Source: Candidatus Tenderia sp. (GTDB lineage: Bacteria; Pseudomonadota; Gammaproteobacteria; Tenderiales; Tenderiaceae). Taken from it: a DNA stretch of 17,372 bases. The notes beneath the pieces are model-generated. The model did not search any database and was not told the DNA's origin. It worked only from the letters and a program-made list of their open reading frames with translations. Location: positions 1 to 17,372 of the forward strand of contig JANOSY010000034.1 in the NCBI GenBank assembly GCA_031416075.1, read 5' to 3'. Position 1 is the stretch's first letter. Every line of letters begins with the position of its first letter. Below, one piece after another: positions 7,201-17,237 of the stretch. The position numbers and the translations under genes are program-made.

Positions 7201-8138
7201 ATGGAACTACTTCAGGAAGCACTGCCCTCCCTTAAGATCAAAGAGGCAGCCTATACCCGTGTTGAGGCATCGGCACCGTGGGGGCTGGACTTCATCCCCT
7301 ATCACCATACAAAGTTTGGCATTGTTAGCGAAGGGGTCTGCCATATCGATCTCAAAAATGGCGAGCCACCGGTCCGGCTGGCGCGTGGCAGCTGTTACCT
7401 GTTAACACGGGGGGATGCGTTTCGGTTACGTGATGCTGCACTCAGCCACACCACGCCCTTTGAACATGCCCTGCAACATCTACAGGGGCGTCTGCTCCGC
7501 TGGGGTGGTGACGGTGACAAAACCACCATCATCGGCGGGCGGTTTGTCTTTGCCAGCAACCGCTATCCACACCTGCTTGATCTGCTGCCACCACTGATTC
7601 ATTTTACGGTGAGCGAGCAGGAACTCAGAGGACTTGTCTCGACCATCGAACTGCTCGGCAACGAGACCAGCCACCCCTCATCAGGCTCCAACATCATGGT
7701 AGACCGGCTCGCCGATCTGTTCTTCATTCAATCATTACGTGCTTACTGGCGCAGCGACGCGCAACAACAGGTGGGATGGATAGGGGCCGTTGCCGATGAA
7801 AAACTGAGCCGCACTCTGGGGCCATGCACAAACAGCCAGAGCACCCATGGACATTGGAGACATTGGCGGCCCAGGCCGGCATGTCACGGGCCGTTTTTGC
7901 CGCCCGCTTTAAAACAAAGCTGGGGATCGCCCCCATCGCCTACCTCACCCGTCACCGTCTGCAACAGGCACAGCAGCTGCTTCAACAGCCATCACAGAGC
8001 ATCGCGCAGATCTCTGCACAGGTCGGTTACAGCTCAGAGGCAGCCTTTAACAAAGCGTTCCGACGTCAGTTTGGCATGCCTCCCGGCGCATTTCGCCAGC
8101 AGTTAATCGCATCAAACCCACCGCCACAGGGGCGCTAA
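7201..8138 (+). pseudogene. AraC-family regulator (cupin + HTH), split by a 1-nt frameshift or sequencing error
   Basis: The cupin domain reads from ATG 7201 to ...GWIGAVADEKLSRTLG. The HTH (MHKQPEHPWTLETLAAQAGMSRAVFAARF...VGYSSEAAFNKAFRR) continues in another frame from 7824. One extra G in the GGGG run at 7818-7821 restores a 312-aa protein. Divergent from the SDR gene. Confidence 0.88.
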
Positions 8139-8971
8139 ACAGCGTCGTCCAAAAACGACTCACGCAGCTGCCGTATCACCGGCACACTCTCTGGTCGCAC
8201 ACCGCGCCAGAGTGCAAACGCCTCTGCCGCCTGCTCCACCAACATACCGAGACCATCCAGCGAATGCCGCGCACCATGGGCCGTCGCCCAGCGCTGGAAA
8301 GGGGTCACCGTTACGCCATACATCATGTCGTAACAGCTGGCGTTATCTGCCAACAGATCGTCAGGCAGCGGCGGCACTTCGCCGGCGAGGCTCGCCGCCG
8401 TGCCGTTAATCACCAGATCAAACTGCTGACCGCTGAGTTCATCAAAACCACAACCACTGATGCTGCCCAGATCAGCAAACAGCTGCGCCAACTCGCGTGC
8501 CTTGCTGGCGGTGCGATTCGCAATTACCACAACAGCAGGTTGCTGCGCCAGGATCGGCTCCAGCACACCGCGTACCGCACCACCCGCACCCAGTATCAAA
8601 ATACGTTTTGCCCTCAACGCAATCGAGTGGTTAACCATCAGGTCACGCACCAGACCAACGCCATCCGTCGTATCTGCCAAGGTCGAGCCATCAGCACGAA
8701 ACCAGAGTGTATTCACCGCCCCCGCCCGCCGGGCGCGCTCGGTCTGCTCCGCTGCCAGCGCCCACGCCTCTTGCTTAAAAGGAACTGTAATGTTCAATCC
8801 CTTACCACCTTCCGCACGAAACGTAGCAACAGCATCGGCAAAACCATCCGCAGTCACCAGCAGCGCCTCATAGACAAGCGACTGCCCTGTCTGCTGGGCA
8901 AACAACGTGTGGATCCTGGGAGACTTGCTGTGGGCAATAGGATTGCCCATCACCGCATAGTGATCACTCAT
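8135..8971 (-). CDS. aroE: Shikimate dehydrogenase
   Basis: [41 protein letters not shown] and [14 protein letters not shown] motifs. Start is ATG 8971 or GTG 8980. Confidence 0.96.
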   Translation of the reverse strand: MSDHYAVMGNPIAHSKSPRIHTLFAQQTGQSLVYEALLVTADGFADAVATFRAEGGKGLNITVPFKQEAWALAAEQTERARRAGAVNTLWFRADGSTLADTTDGVGLVRDLMVNHSIALRAKRILILGAGGAVRGVLEPILAQQPAVVVIANRTASKARELAQLFADLGSISGCGFDELSGQQFDLVINGTAASLAGEVPPLPDDLLADNASCYDMMYGVTVTPFQRWATAHGARHSLDGLGMLVEQAAEAFALWRGVRPESVPVIRQLRESFLDDAV

Positions 8972-8996
8972 ACGCTTCACTCATGATAAAAAAGGG

Positions 8997-9030
8997 GAAA
9001 CAGAAAACCCGACCATCCATGTGGTCGGGC
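8997..9030 (-). terminator. Intrinsic terminator after hemB
   Basis: Stem CCCGACCA (9008-9015)/TGGTCGGG (9022-9029), followed on the minus strand by TTTTCTGTTT. Confidence 0.7.
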
Positions 9031-9040
9031 TTAATCAACA

Positions 9041-10101
<1,061 letters not shown>

Positions 10102-10119
10102 ATATTTTAGTCAAATCAG

Positions 10120-11283
10120 TTACTTTTTCTTGGCTACCCGCTTTTTAGCTGGGGCTTTTTTCTTGGGTGCAACCTTCTTTTTGGCTACTGCCTTCGCCTT
10201 AGGGGCAGTGGCTTTTTTAGCAACAACCTTCTTTTTAGGGGCTGCCTTTTTCTTGGCTACTACCTTTTTCTTAGCTACTGCCACCTTCTTTTTAGGGGCT
10301 GCCTTTTTCTTGGCTACGGCCTTTTTCTTAGGTACCGCTGCTTTCTTTTTAGTTACTGCCACCTTCTTTTTAGGCGCTGCCTTTTTCTTCGCAGCTACCT
10401 TCTCCTTAGGCGCTGCCTTCTTCTTAGCGGCTACTACCTTCTTTTTGGGTGCCACTTTTGCCTTGGGTGATGCTCTTTTTTTCTTCGCTAACTTCGGCTC
10501 ATCTACTACAGCCGGAGTATTTACTGGTTCATCCATCATTGTTTCCTCTTTTGCTGCTGACACTTTTTTAGATACCGCTGCGGCAATTGCATCAACATCC
10601 AGCGATACTTTTTTGGTTCGTGGCGCTTTTTTCTTGTTTACCTTATCAAGAATCACACACATCCCATTGAATATATCGGCAATTTCACCGATGGCTTCAA
10701 CAGTCCTTAACTTGCTCTGCCCTTCAAAATAGTCCACCAGCGGCTTGGTTTGTGCCTCATATACCTTCAGGCGGTTGCCAATAGTCTCTTCACGATCATC
10801 CGCACGGTGCCGCAAATTACCACCACAACTATCGCACTGCCCTTCGAGTTTTGAGGGCGATGTATAGACATTAAATACCTGGCCACAGGATTCGCAGGTA
10901 CGGCGTCCGGTTAAACGCTGCATCAAGAGGTCAAAATCGACATCCATGTGCAGAGCCACATCCAACGGCTTACCCAGACGCTGCAACAGGATGTCCAAGG
11001 CCTGAGCCTGAGGAATGTTACGGGGGAAACCATCAAGGATAAATCCTTTGCGCGCATCCGGCTGCGCCAATCGCTCTTCAATCATTCCCAGCACGATATC
11101 ATCGGAGACTAATTGTCCGGCATCCATCGCCGCTTTGGCCTGCAAGCCCAAAGAGGATTCAGCAGCTACAGCTGCACGTAGAAGATCACCGGTAGATATC
11201 TGGGGAATGAGGTACTTCTCTGAGAGCTGTTTTCCTTGTGTACCTTTACCAGAGCCTGGAGCACCCAGGAGTACAATTCTCAT
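10120..11283 (-). CDS. adk: Adenylate kinase with four-Cys LID and C-terminal histone-H1-like extension
   Basis: P-loop GAPGSGKGTQ, ISTGDLLR, GFILDGFPR, LID CESC...CDSC and RADD. The core ends near aa 215 and is followed by a ~172-aa K/A/P/V-rich tail. ATG 11283 (387 aa). Confidence 0.95.
   Translation of the reverse strand: MRIVLLGAPGSGKGTQGKQLSEKYLIPQISTGDLLRAAVAAESSLGLQAKAAMDAGQLVSDDIVLGMIEERLAQPDARKGFILDGFPRNIPQAQALDILLQRLGKPLDVALHMDVDFDLLMQRLTGRRTCESCGQVFNVYTSPSKLEGQCDSCGGNLRHRADDREETIGNRLKVYEAQTKPLVDYFEGQSKLRTVEAIGEIADIFNGMCVILDKVNKKKAPRTKKVSLDVDAIAAAVSKKVSAAKEETMMDEPVNTPAVVDEPKLAKKKRASPKAKVAPKKKVVAAKKKAAPKEKVAAKKKAAPKKKVAVTKKKAAVPKKKAVAKKKAAPKKKVAVAKKKVVAKKKAAPKKKVVAKKATAPKAKAVAKKKVAPKKKAPAKKRVAKKK
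10123..10495 (-). repeat. Coding low-complexity repeats (KKKAAP/KKKVxA units) in the adk tail
   Basis: Repeated 6-7 aa units. An exact 35-bp duplication ACCTTCTTTTTAGGGGCTGCCTTTTTCTTGGCTAC occurs at 10226-10260 and 10283-10317. Confidence 0.9.
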
Positions 11284-11514
11284 GTTGGCTTTCTCTCTCA
11301 GTAATATTTGGTTGGATTCTGTCGGCAAAATTTTAGAATAACTTTATTCTTTTTTTACCCACACTAAGTTCAACGACAGTATGAATGTGCTAAAACTACA
11401 TCTAACGATATAACGAGTCAATCAATTCATGGAACAATTTTAGTCTCTATTTCACATTTATCCACTTCATTTGTTTGATTATCAGATCACGAGACCACAA
11501 AAAGGGGCAGACAC

Positions 11515-12777
11515 ATGGCGAAAAGGAATGCATTTTACGCACAATCGGGGGGTGTCACAGCGGTCATTAATGCCTCTGCCTGCGGTGTTATTGAGACTGC
11601 CCGCAAACACAAAAAAATCATCGGTAACGTCTATGCCGGACGCAACGGCATCATCGGCGCGCTCACAGAGGATCTGATTGATACCAGCCAGGAAAGTGCT
11701 AAGACTATCGCTGCTTTACGTCATACACCCGGTGGTGCGTTTGGCTCATGCCGCTATAAACTAAAGGGTCTTGATGAAAATCGTGCGCAGTATGAGCGCC
11801 TGGTTGAGGTCTTCAAAGCCCATAACATTGGCTATTTTTTCTATAACGGTGGTGGTGATTCACAAGACACCGCGCACAAAGTTTCACAGATTTGCGCCTC
11901 CATGGACTACCCCATCAGCTGCATCGGCATCCCTAAAACTATCGACAACGACCTGCCCATCACCGACAACTGCCCAGGTTTTGGTTCTGTGGCGAAGTAT
12001 GTAGCGGTCTCTATCCGTGAAGCGGCCTATGACGTTGCCTCTATGGCTAAAACATCCACCAAAATCTTTGTGATGGAGGTAATGGGGCGTCACGCGGGGT
12101 GGATTGCAGCGGCGGGAGGGCTTGCCGCGGAACAGAAAGGTGATGCACCGCATATTATTCTCTTCCCCGAGATCCCGTTTGATCAGGAGAAATTTCTCAA
12201 ACGCGTGGAGCAGACCGTTGCCAAGTACGACTACTGCGTCATTGTTGTCTCTGAAGGGGTCAAGGATAAAGAGGGGCGGTTTATGAGTGACTCTGGCAAC
12301 CGTGATGCATTTGGCCATGCCCAGCTCGGCGGGGTCGCCCCGGTGATTGCCAACATAATTAAGGTTAAACTCGGCCTGAAATATCACTGGGCGGTAGCCG
12401 ACTATCTACAACGCTCGGCCCGCCATATCGCCTCCAAAACCGATGTTGAACAGGCCTATGCACTGGGCAAGGCGGCGGTGGAGCTGGCGCTGCAAGGAGA
12501 GAACGCCGTGATGCCAACCATCGTCCGTCAATCAAACAAACCGTACCGCTGGACCATCGGTACGGCCAGGCTGGCGGATGTTGCCAATGTTGAAAAGATG
12601 ATGCCACGCAACTTTATCTCGCGTAATGGCTTTGAGATCACTGAGATCTGTCGCGAGTATCTATTGCCGCTGATCAAGGGTGAAGACTACCCCCCTTACA
12701 AGCATGGACTGCCACAGTATGTGCGGCTGCAAAATATCTCTGTGCCAAAGAAACTAAAAACGGCGTTCCAGACCTGA
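11515..12777 (+). CDS. pfp: 6-phosphofructokinase, probably pyrophosphate-dependent
   Basis: AQSGGVTAVIN, GGAFGSCR and EVMGRHAGW motifs. NGGGDS (Asp at the phosphoryl-donor position) and PKTIDND (Lys) are the residues associated with PPi use. Confidence 0.9.
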   Translation: MAKRNAFYAQSGGVTAVINASACGVIETARKHKKIIGNVYAGRNGIIGALTEDLIDTSQESAKTIAALRHTPGGAFGSCRYKLKGLDENRAQYERLVEVFKAHNIGYFFYNGGGDSQDTAHKVSQICASMDYPISCIGIPKTIDNDLPITDNCPGFGSVAKYVAVSIREAAYDVASMAKTSTKIFVMEVMGRHAGWIAAAGGLAAEQKGDAPHIILFPEIPFDQEKFLKRVEQTVAKYDYCVIVVSEGVKDKEGRFMSDSGNRDAFGHAQLGGVAPVIANIIKVKLGLKYHWAVADYLQRSARHIASKTDVEQAYALGKAAVELALQGENAVMPTIVRQSNKPYRWTIGTARLADVANVEKMMPRNFISRNGFEITEICREYLLPLIKGEDYPPYKHGLPQYVRLQNISVPKKLKTAFQT

Positions 12778-12797
12778 CCTCAAAACGGCCGGCAGGA

Positions 12798-12956
12798 TCA
12801 TCTTGCGCAGCGCTGCCTGATCGCTTGAATCATATCAAAGGCAGCACCACCCACCGCCGCCATCGTCAACGACACCACCAGGAAAGAGAATATGCCACCG
12901 GGAACCGGCAGGCCAATAACCCACGGGAACATAGGCAGCAGGGCCGGCATCAACAT
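12798..12956 (-). CDS. Possible small membrane protein (52 aa)
   Basis: Hydrophobic ORF MLMPALLPMFPWVIGLPVPGGIFSFLVVSLTMAAVGGAAFDMIQAIRQRCAR fills the pfp-ppa gap, with GGGGG 4 nt upstream of the ATG. No family recognised. Confidence 0.4.
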   Translation of the reverse strand: MLMPALLPMFPWVIGLPVPGGIFSFLVVSLTMAAVGGAAFDMIQAIRQRCAR

Positions 12957-13025
12957 AGAACCCCCGTTTTCGGGGCAGCAATCCACGGGGGGTGCATACC
13001 TTAATATAGATAACATAAGCGCGGA

Positions 13026-13055
13026 TTAGCACAAGCACCCGCAGCCCTATATAAT
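13026..13055 (+). promoter_or_regulatory. Possible sigma70 promoter for ppa
   Basis: Perfect TATAAT at 13050-13055, weak -35 TTAGCA at 13026-13031, and RBS GAGGA before ATG 13094. Confidence 0.4.
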
Positions 13056-13093
13056 GGCCTACTTTTTATAACCCTACGTTTGAGGAAGAGAAG

Positions 13094-13642
13094 ATGATTC
13101 TGGACAGAGTACCCTCCGGTAAAGATGCGCCTAACGATATCAATGTCATTATTGAAATCCCCGCCCACAGCGACCCAGTCAAATATGAAGTGGACAAAGA
13201 TACCGGCGCGATGTTTGTGGATCGTTTTATGGCCACTGCCATGTTCTACCCTTGCAACTACGGCTATGTGCCACACTCACTCTCTGAAGATGGCGACCCT
13301 GTTGACGTGCTGGTTGTCACCCCACACGCCCTGATCAGCGGCGCTGTCATTCGTGTGCGCCCCATTGGTGTGCTGAAGATGTCCGACGAAGGTGGTATCG
13401 ACGCAAAAATCCTGGCAGTACCGGTGAACAAACTGACCGACCTGTATGCCCACATCAACGACATTGATGACGTATCAAAATCATTGCTGAACCAGATCAG
13501 CCACTTCTTCGAACACTACAAAGATCTGGAGAAGGGCAAGTGGGTCAAGATTGAAGGATGGGGCAACAGCGCCGAAGCCAAGGCTGAGATCGTTGCCAGC
13601 ATCAACCGTTTCAACGAATCTGCCGACAAACCAAACTTCTAA
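13094..13642 (+). CDS. ppa: Soluble inorganic pyrophosphatase (family I)
   Basis: [31 protein letters not shown] and FFEHYKDLE motifs. Confidence 0.97.
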   Translation: MILDRVPSGKDAPNDINVIIEIPAHSDPVKYEVDKDTGAMFVDRFMATAMFYPCNYGYVPHSLSEDGDPVDVLVVTPHALISGAVIRVRPIGVLKMSDEGGIDAKILAVPVNKLTDLYAHINDIDDVSKSLLNQISHFFEHYKDLEKGKWVKIEGWGNSAEAKAEIVASINRFNESADKPNF

Positions 13643-13663
13643 AACGCCCTTGTTATAGTGGTG

Positions 13664-13703
13664 AAAAAAGGGCTGCATGCATAACAGACAGCCCTTTTCT
13701 TTT
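13664..13703 (+). terminator. Intrinsic, possibly bidirectional, terminator after ppa
   Basis: AAAAGGGCTG (13666-13675) pairs with CAGCCCTTTT (13689-13698), followed by CTTTT. Confidence 0.75.
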
Positions 13704-13809
13704 ATGAACCGCAATGTTTACATCCAAACGATATCCGCCACAGTGCCATTGCACCGGACAACCTCTACCCCCTATTATCAGCCCCTCAAACCCACTGGTA
13801 TTAATGCAG

Positions 13810-14715
13810 ATGAGCGCCCACCATCACGACCACTCCAACCGCAACACCCTGTTATGGGCCGTCGCGATCACCTTTGGCTTTGCCTGTGTGGAAGCGGTCA
13901 GTGGCTGGCTCGCCAACTCACTGGCACTCATCGGCGATGCGGGACATATGCTCACCGATGCCTCAGCCCTGGGGCTGGCGGCCTTTGCCGCCTGGCTGGC
14001 AAAACGGCCACCGTCACAGCGCCACTCCTACGGCCTGGTCCGCGCTGAGATCATTGCGGCACTGGTCAACAGCGTGTTTATGATTATCGTTGTTGTCGCC
14101 ATCATCATTGCCGCCATCGAACGGCTGCAGACACCACGCGACGTCAGCGGCGTCACCGTTATGGTTGTTGCTTTCATCGGCCTGCTGGTCAATCTCGCCG
14201 TGGCCTGGGTACTGCACAGTGGTGAACAGACACTCAACATCCGTGCGGCGCTGTTACATGTCATGGGGGACCTGCTCGGCTCCGTGGCCGCACTGATCGC
14301 CGGTATTGTCATCTACTACACCGGCTGGACCACCATCGACCCCATACTGTCGCTTATCATCTGCGCCCTTATTCTGATCTTCAGCGTACGGCTATTACGG
14401 GAAGCGCTGCATATCATCATGGAGGGGGTGCCGTTTAGTCTCGAACTACCCGAGGTTGAGCAGACCATCACCGCGGTTGAGGGGGTTGAATCGGTACATG
14501 ACCTACACGTCTGGAGTGTCGCCTCCGGCACCATCGCCCTCTCTGCCCATGTTGTCATCAGGGACGCCGATCAGTGGTCGGCGCTGTTGGTACAACTGCA
14601 GACGCTACTGCACGACCGCTTTGACATACATCACACCACGCTCCAACCGGAGTTCAGCAACCCCATGGTGCAACCGGATCTGCCGCGCACAACCATTGAT
14701 ACCTTGGTACACTGA
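13810..14715 (+). CDS. Cation diffusion facilitator (CzcD/ZitB-like Zn/Co/Cd exporter)
   Basis: His-rich N-terminus [50 protein letters not shown] and HTTLQPE motifs. Start is ATG 13810 or 13804. Confidence 0.93.
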   Translation: MSAHHHDHSNRNTLLWAVAITFGFACVEAVSGWLANSLALIGDAGHMLTDASALGLAAFAAWLAKRPPSQRHSYGLVRAEIIAALVNSVFMIIVVVAIIIAAIERLQTPRDVSGVTVMVVAFIGLLVNLAVAWVLHSGEQTLNIRAALLHVMGDLLGSVAALIAGIVIYYTGWTTIDPILSLIICALILIFSVRLLREALHIIMEGVPFSLELPEVEQTITAVEGVESVHDLHVWSVASGTIALSAHVVIRDADQWSALLVQLQTLLHDRFDIHHTTLQPEFSNPMVQPDLPRTTIDTLVH

Positions 14716-14720
14716 GCAGC

Positions 14721-15557
14721 ATGAAAACCGTTATCCGCTTCAGCAAAATGCACGGCCTCGGCAATGACTTTGTGGTCATCGATGCCGTTCGTCAGAGCAT
14801 CAACCTCAACAAAGAACAGATCCGCAACATCGCCGACCGCCACTTTGGCATCGGTTGCGATCAGTTACTGCTGGTTGAGCGCCCCACCACGCCAGAGGCC
14901 GACTTCCGCTATCGCATCTTTAACGCCGACGGCAGCGAAGTGGAGCAGTGTGGCAACGGCGCACGCTGCTTTGCCCGTTTTGTCCGCGATCAGGGACTCA
15001 CTGATAAAGAGGCGCTGACCGTCGAAACCGCCAAGGGGATCATCTATCCCCGCATCGAGGGCAACGGCGAGGTGACCGTGAACATGGGCATCCCCCGTTT
15101 CGACCCTGCGGCACTCCCCTTTATCGCTGAACAACAGCAGCCACGTTATGCACTGAATGTACTGGACCAAGAAATCACCATTGGTGCCGTCTCCATGGGC
15201 AACCCTCATGCTGTTTACCTGGTGGACGATACAGAAAGCGCCGCCGTCGCCAGCCTCGGCCCTGCTATTACCCACCACCCACACTTCAGCAACGGCGTGA
15301 ACAGTGGTTTTATGCAAATAGTGGATCGCGGCCACATCCGTCTTCGAGTCCACGAACGTGGCAGCGGTGAAACACTGGCCTGCGGCACGGGGGCCTGCGC
15401 TGCTGTGGTCGTGGGACGTCTTTGGGGCGCACTAGACGACGCCGTGCACGTCGATCTGCCTGGTGGCCAATTGCTGATACGCTGGCAGGGCGAGGGGCAA
15501 CCCGTCATGATGACCGGGCCCGCCACCCATGTATTTGAAGGAACCATTGAATTATGA
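14721..15557 (+). CDS. dapF: Diaminopimelate epimerase
   Basis: [33 protein letters not shown] and [16 protein letters not shown] motifs. Confidence 0.98.
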   Translation: MKTVIRFSKMHGLGNDFVVIDAVRQSINLNKEQIRNIADRHFGIGCDQLLLVERPTTPEADFRYRIFNADGSEVEQCGNGARCFARFVRDQGLTDKEALTVETAKGIIYPRIEGNGEVTVNMGIPRFDPAALPFIAEQQQPRYALNVLDQEITIGAVSMGNPHAVYLVDDTESAAVASLGPAITHHPHFSNGVNSGFMQIVDRGHIRLRVHERGSGETLACGTGACAAVVVGRLWGALDDAVHVDLPGGQLLIRWQGEGQPVMMTGPATHVFEGTIEL

Positions 15558-16324
15558 GCAGTACTCAACACCCGTCAGATACCAGTCAAGTTACAACAAC
15601 AGCAAAAAAGATAGACGATGAGGCGGTAGCGCAACACCTACTGAGCCACCCCAATTTTTTTGAACAGCACCCCGACGTGCTGGCCGAAATCAACCTGAAC
15701 CACGACTGTGGCAACGCCATCTCACTGATTGAACGGCAGATCATCGCCCTGCGTGGCCAGCATCAGAGCAGCAAACAGCAGCTCGATACACTGGTTCAAA
15801 TCGCCCGCGATAACGACCGCCTCAACGAACGGATGCACCGTCTGACCCTGGCGATACTCGATGCGGTCACCCTGAACGACATCTACATCGCCCTCGATGA
15901 GACCCTGCGTGGCGACTTTGAGGCCGACGCCGTCACCATCAAACTTTTCATTGATCCTGATGCTGCGGCCATTGAACCGGACAACGAACTGATGCATACC
16001 ATCTTTGTACCGATGAACGACCCACGTCTGGCCGAATTTAAAACCCTGCTGGGCAATGAAAAACCGAGCTGTGGACAGCTCAAACCAGAACAGCTCAAAT
16101 ATATGTTTGGTGCCACCGCCGAGAGCATCAAGTCCACCGCCGTCATCCCACTCGGCGGCGAAAGCTGCAGCAACATCGAGTGCCCCTTCCTCGGTCTGCT
16201 GGCAATCGGCAGCCGTGATGCCAACCGTTTTCAATCCTCCATGGGCACACTCTTCTTAAACAATCTTGGCGACATCATCAGCCGGTCAATCAAAAGCCAT
16301 CTACCGTTTAAAGCCAATGCCTGA
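15554..16324 (+). CDS. yigA: DUF484 / YigA family protein
   Basis: [20 protein letters not shown]...LR, ARDND and [20 protein letters not shown] motifs. Conserved position between dapF and xerC, with ATGA overlap. Confidence 0.9.
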   Translation: MSSTQHPSDTSQVTTTAKKIDDEAVAQHLLSHPNFFEQHPDVLAEINLNHDCGNAISLIERQIIALRGQHQSSKQQLDTLVQIARDNDRLNERMHRLTLAILDAVTLNDIYIALDETLRGDFEADAVTIKLFIDPDAAAIEPDNELMHTIFVPMNDPRLAEFKTLLGNEKPSCGQLKPEQLKYMFGATAESIKSTAVIPLGGESCSNIECPFLGLLAIGSRDANRFQSSMGTLFLNNLGDIISRSIKSHLPFKANA

Positions 16325-17237
16325 CAACCACACCGTGCTGATGACACAAGCCGTTGATGACTTTCTCGACTACCTGCGCCATCAGCGCCGCGCCTCACCC
16401 CACACCCTCAGCAGTTATCAGCGCGACCTCAACAAACTGCAGGAATACTGCAATACAACCCAACTCAGCACCTGGGACAGTTTGCGTGACCACCACATCC
16501 GCGCCTTCATCGCCCGATTGCGCCGTAATACCCTCGCCCCCCGCACCATCCAACGCACCCTCTCCGCCGTGCGCTCCTTTTATAACCACCTCCAGCGTCA
16601 GGGGTTAGCCAAGATCAATCCTGCCAATGATGTCAGCGCACCAAAACAGCAGCGACCACTACCCGCACTGCTCGATGTCGACCAGGCCAGCCAGCTACTC
16701 AATATAAAGAGTGATGATCCGATGGATCTGCGTGATCAAGCGATCATGGAGCTATTCTACTCATCCGGACTGCGCCTGAGTGAGCTGGTCAGCCTCAATC
16801 TCATCAATATCGATCTTGGCGACCAGACGGTACGTGTCATCGGCAAGGGCAACAAAGAGCGCATCGTGCCTGTGGGGCGCTGTGCCGTCACCGCACTGCG
16901 GGCCTGGCTAACCGTTCGTAGCCGTTTGGTCGCTGTTGAAGAAACGGCCCTCTTCATCAACAGCCGTGGCCACCGCATCAACCAGCGCATGGTGCAACGA
17001 CGCCTGAAGGAGTGGGTCATCAAACGAGGGGTTAACAGCCAACTCCACCCACACATGCTGCGCCACTCCTTTGCCAGCCATCTGCTTGAGTCCTCCAGCG
17101 ACCTGCGCGCCGTACAGGAGCTGCTCGGCCATGCTGATATCAGCACAACGCAGATCTATACCCACGTTGATTTCCAGCGTCTGGCATCGGTCTATGACCA
17201 GGCCCACCCCCGCGCCAGAAAGAAAAAAGAGGACTAG
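16317..17237 (+). CDS. xerC: Tyrosine recombinase XerC
   Basis: RDQAIMELFYSSGLRLSEL, GKGNKERIVP, HPHMLRHSFASHLLESSSDLRAVQELLGHADISTTQIYTH and AHPRA motifs, in dapF-yigA-xerC synteny. ATG 16317 overlaps the yigA stop. Confidence 0.95.
   Translation: MPDNHTVLMTQAVDDFLDYLRHQRRASPHTLSSYQRDLNKLQEYCNTTQLSTWDSLRDHHIRAFIARLRRNTLAPRTIQRTLSAVRSFYNHLQRQGLAKINPANDVSAPKQQRPLPALLDVDQASQLLNIKSDDPMDLRDQAIMELFYSSGLRLSELVSLNLINIDLGDQTVRVIGKGNKERIVPVGRCAVTALRAWLTVRSRLVAVEETALFINSRGHRINQRMVQRRLKEWVIKRGVNSQLHPHMLRHSFASHLLESSSDLRAVQELLGHADISTTQIYTHVDFQRLASVYDQAHPRARKKKED

Noticed and set aside
8264-8986. 240-aa plus-strand ORF, and similar overlapping ORFs such as 6464-7054 and 15722-16234
   Set aside because: These are antisense shadows of well-supported genes in GC-rich DNA, with no recognisable motifs.
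10123-10495. CRISPR-like repeat array
   Set aside because: The repeats are in-frame, degenerate and coding, with no unique spacers and no cas genes.
11474-11492. FNR/CRP-like box upstream of pfp (TTGATTATCAGATCAC)
   Set aside because: Half-site spacing fits neither FNR (N4) nor CRP (N6).
16317-17237. Tyrosine recombinase as the integron integrase for the cassette
   Set aside because: It lacks the IntI-specific insertion, has XerC motifs, and sits in the conserved dapF-yigA-xerC operon 15 kb away.
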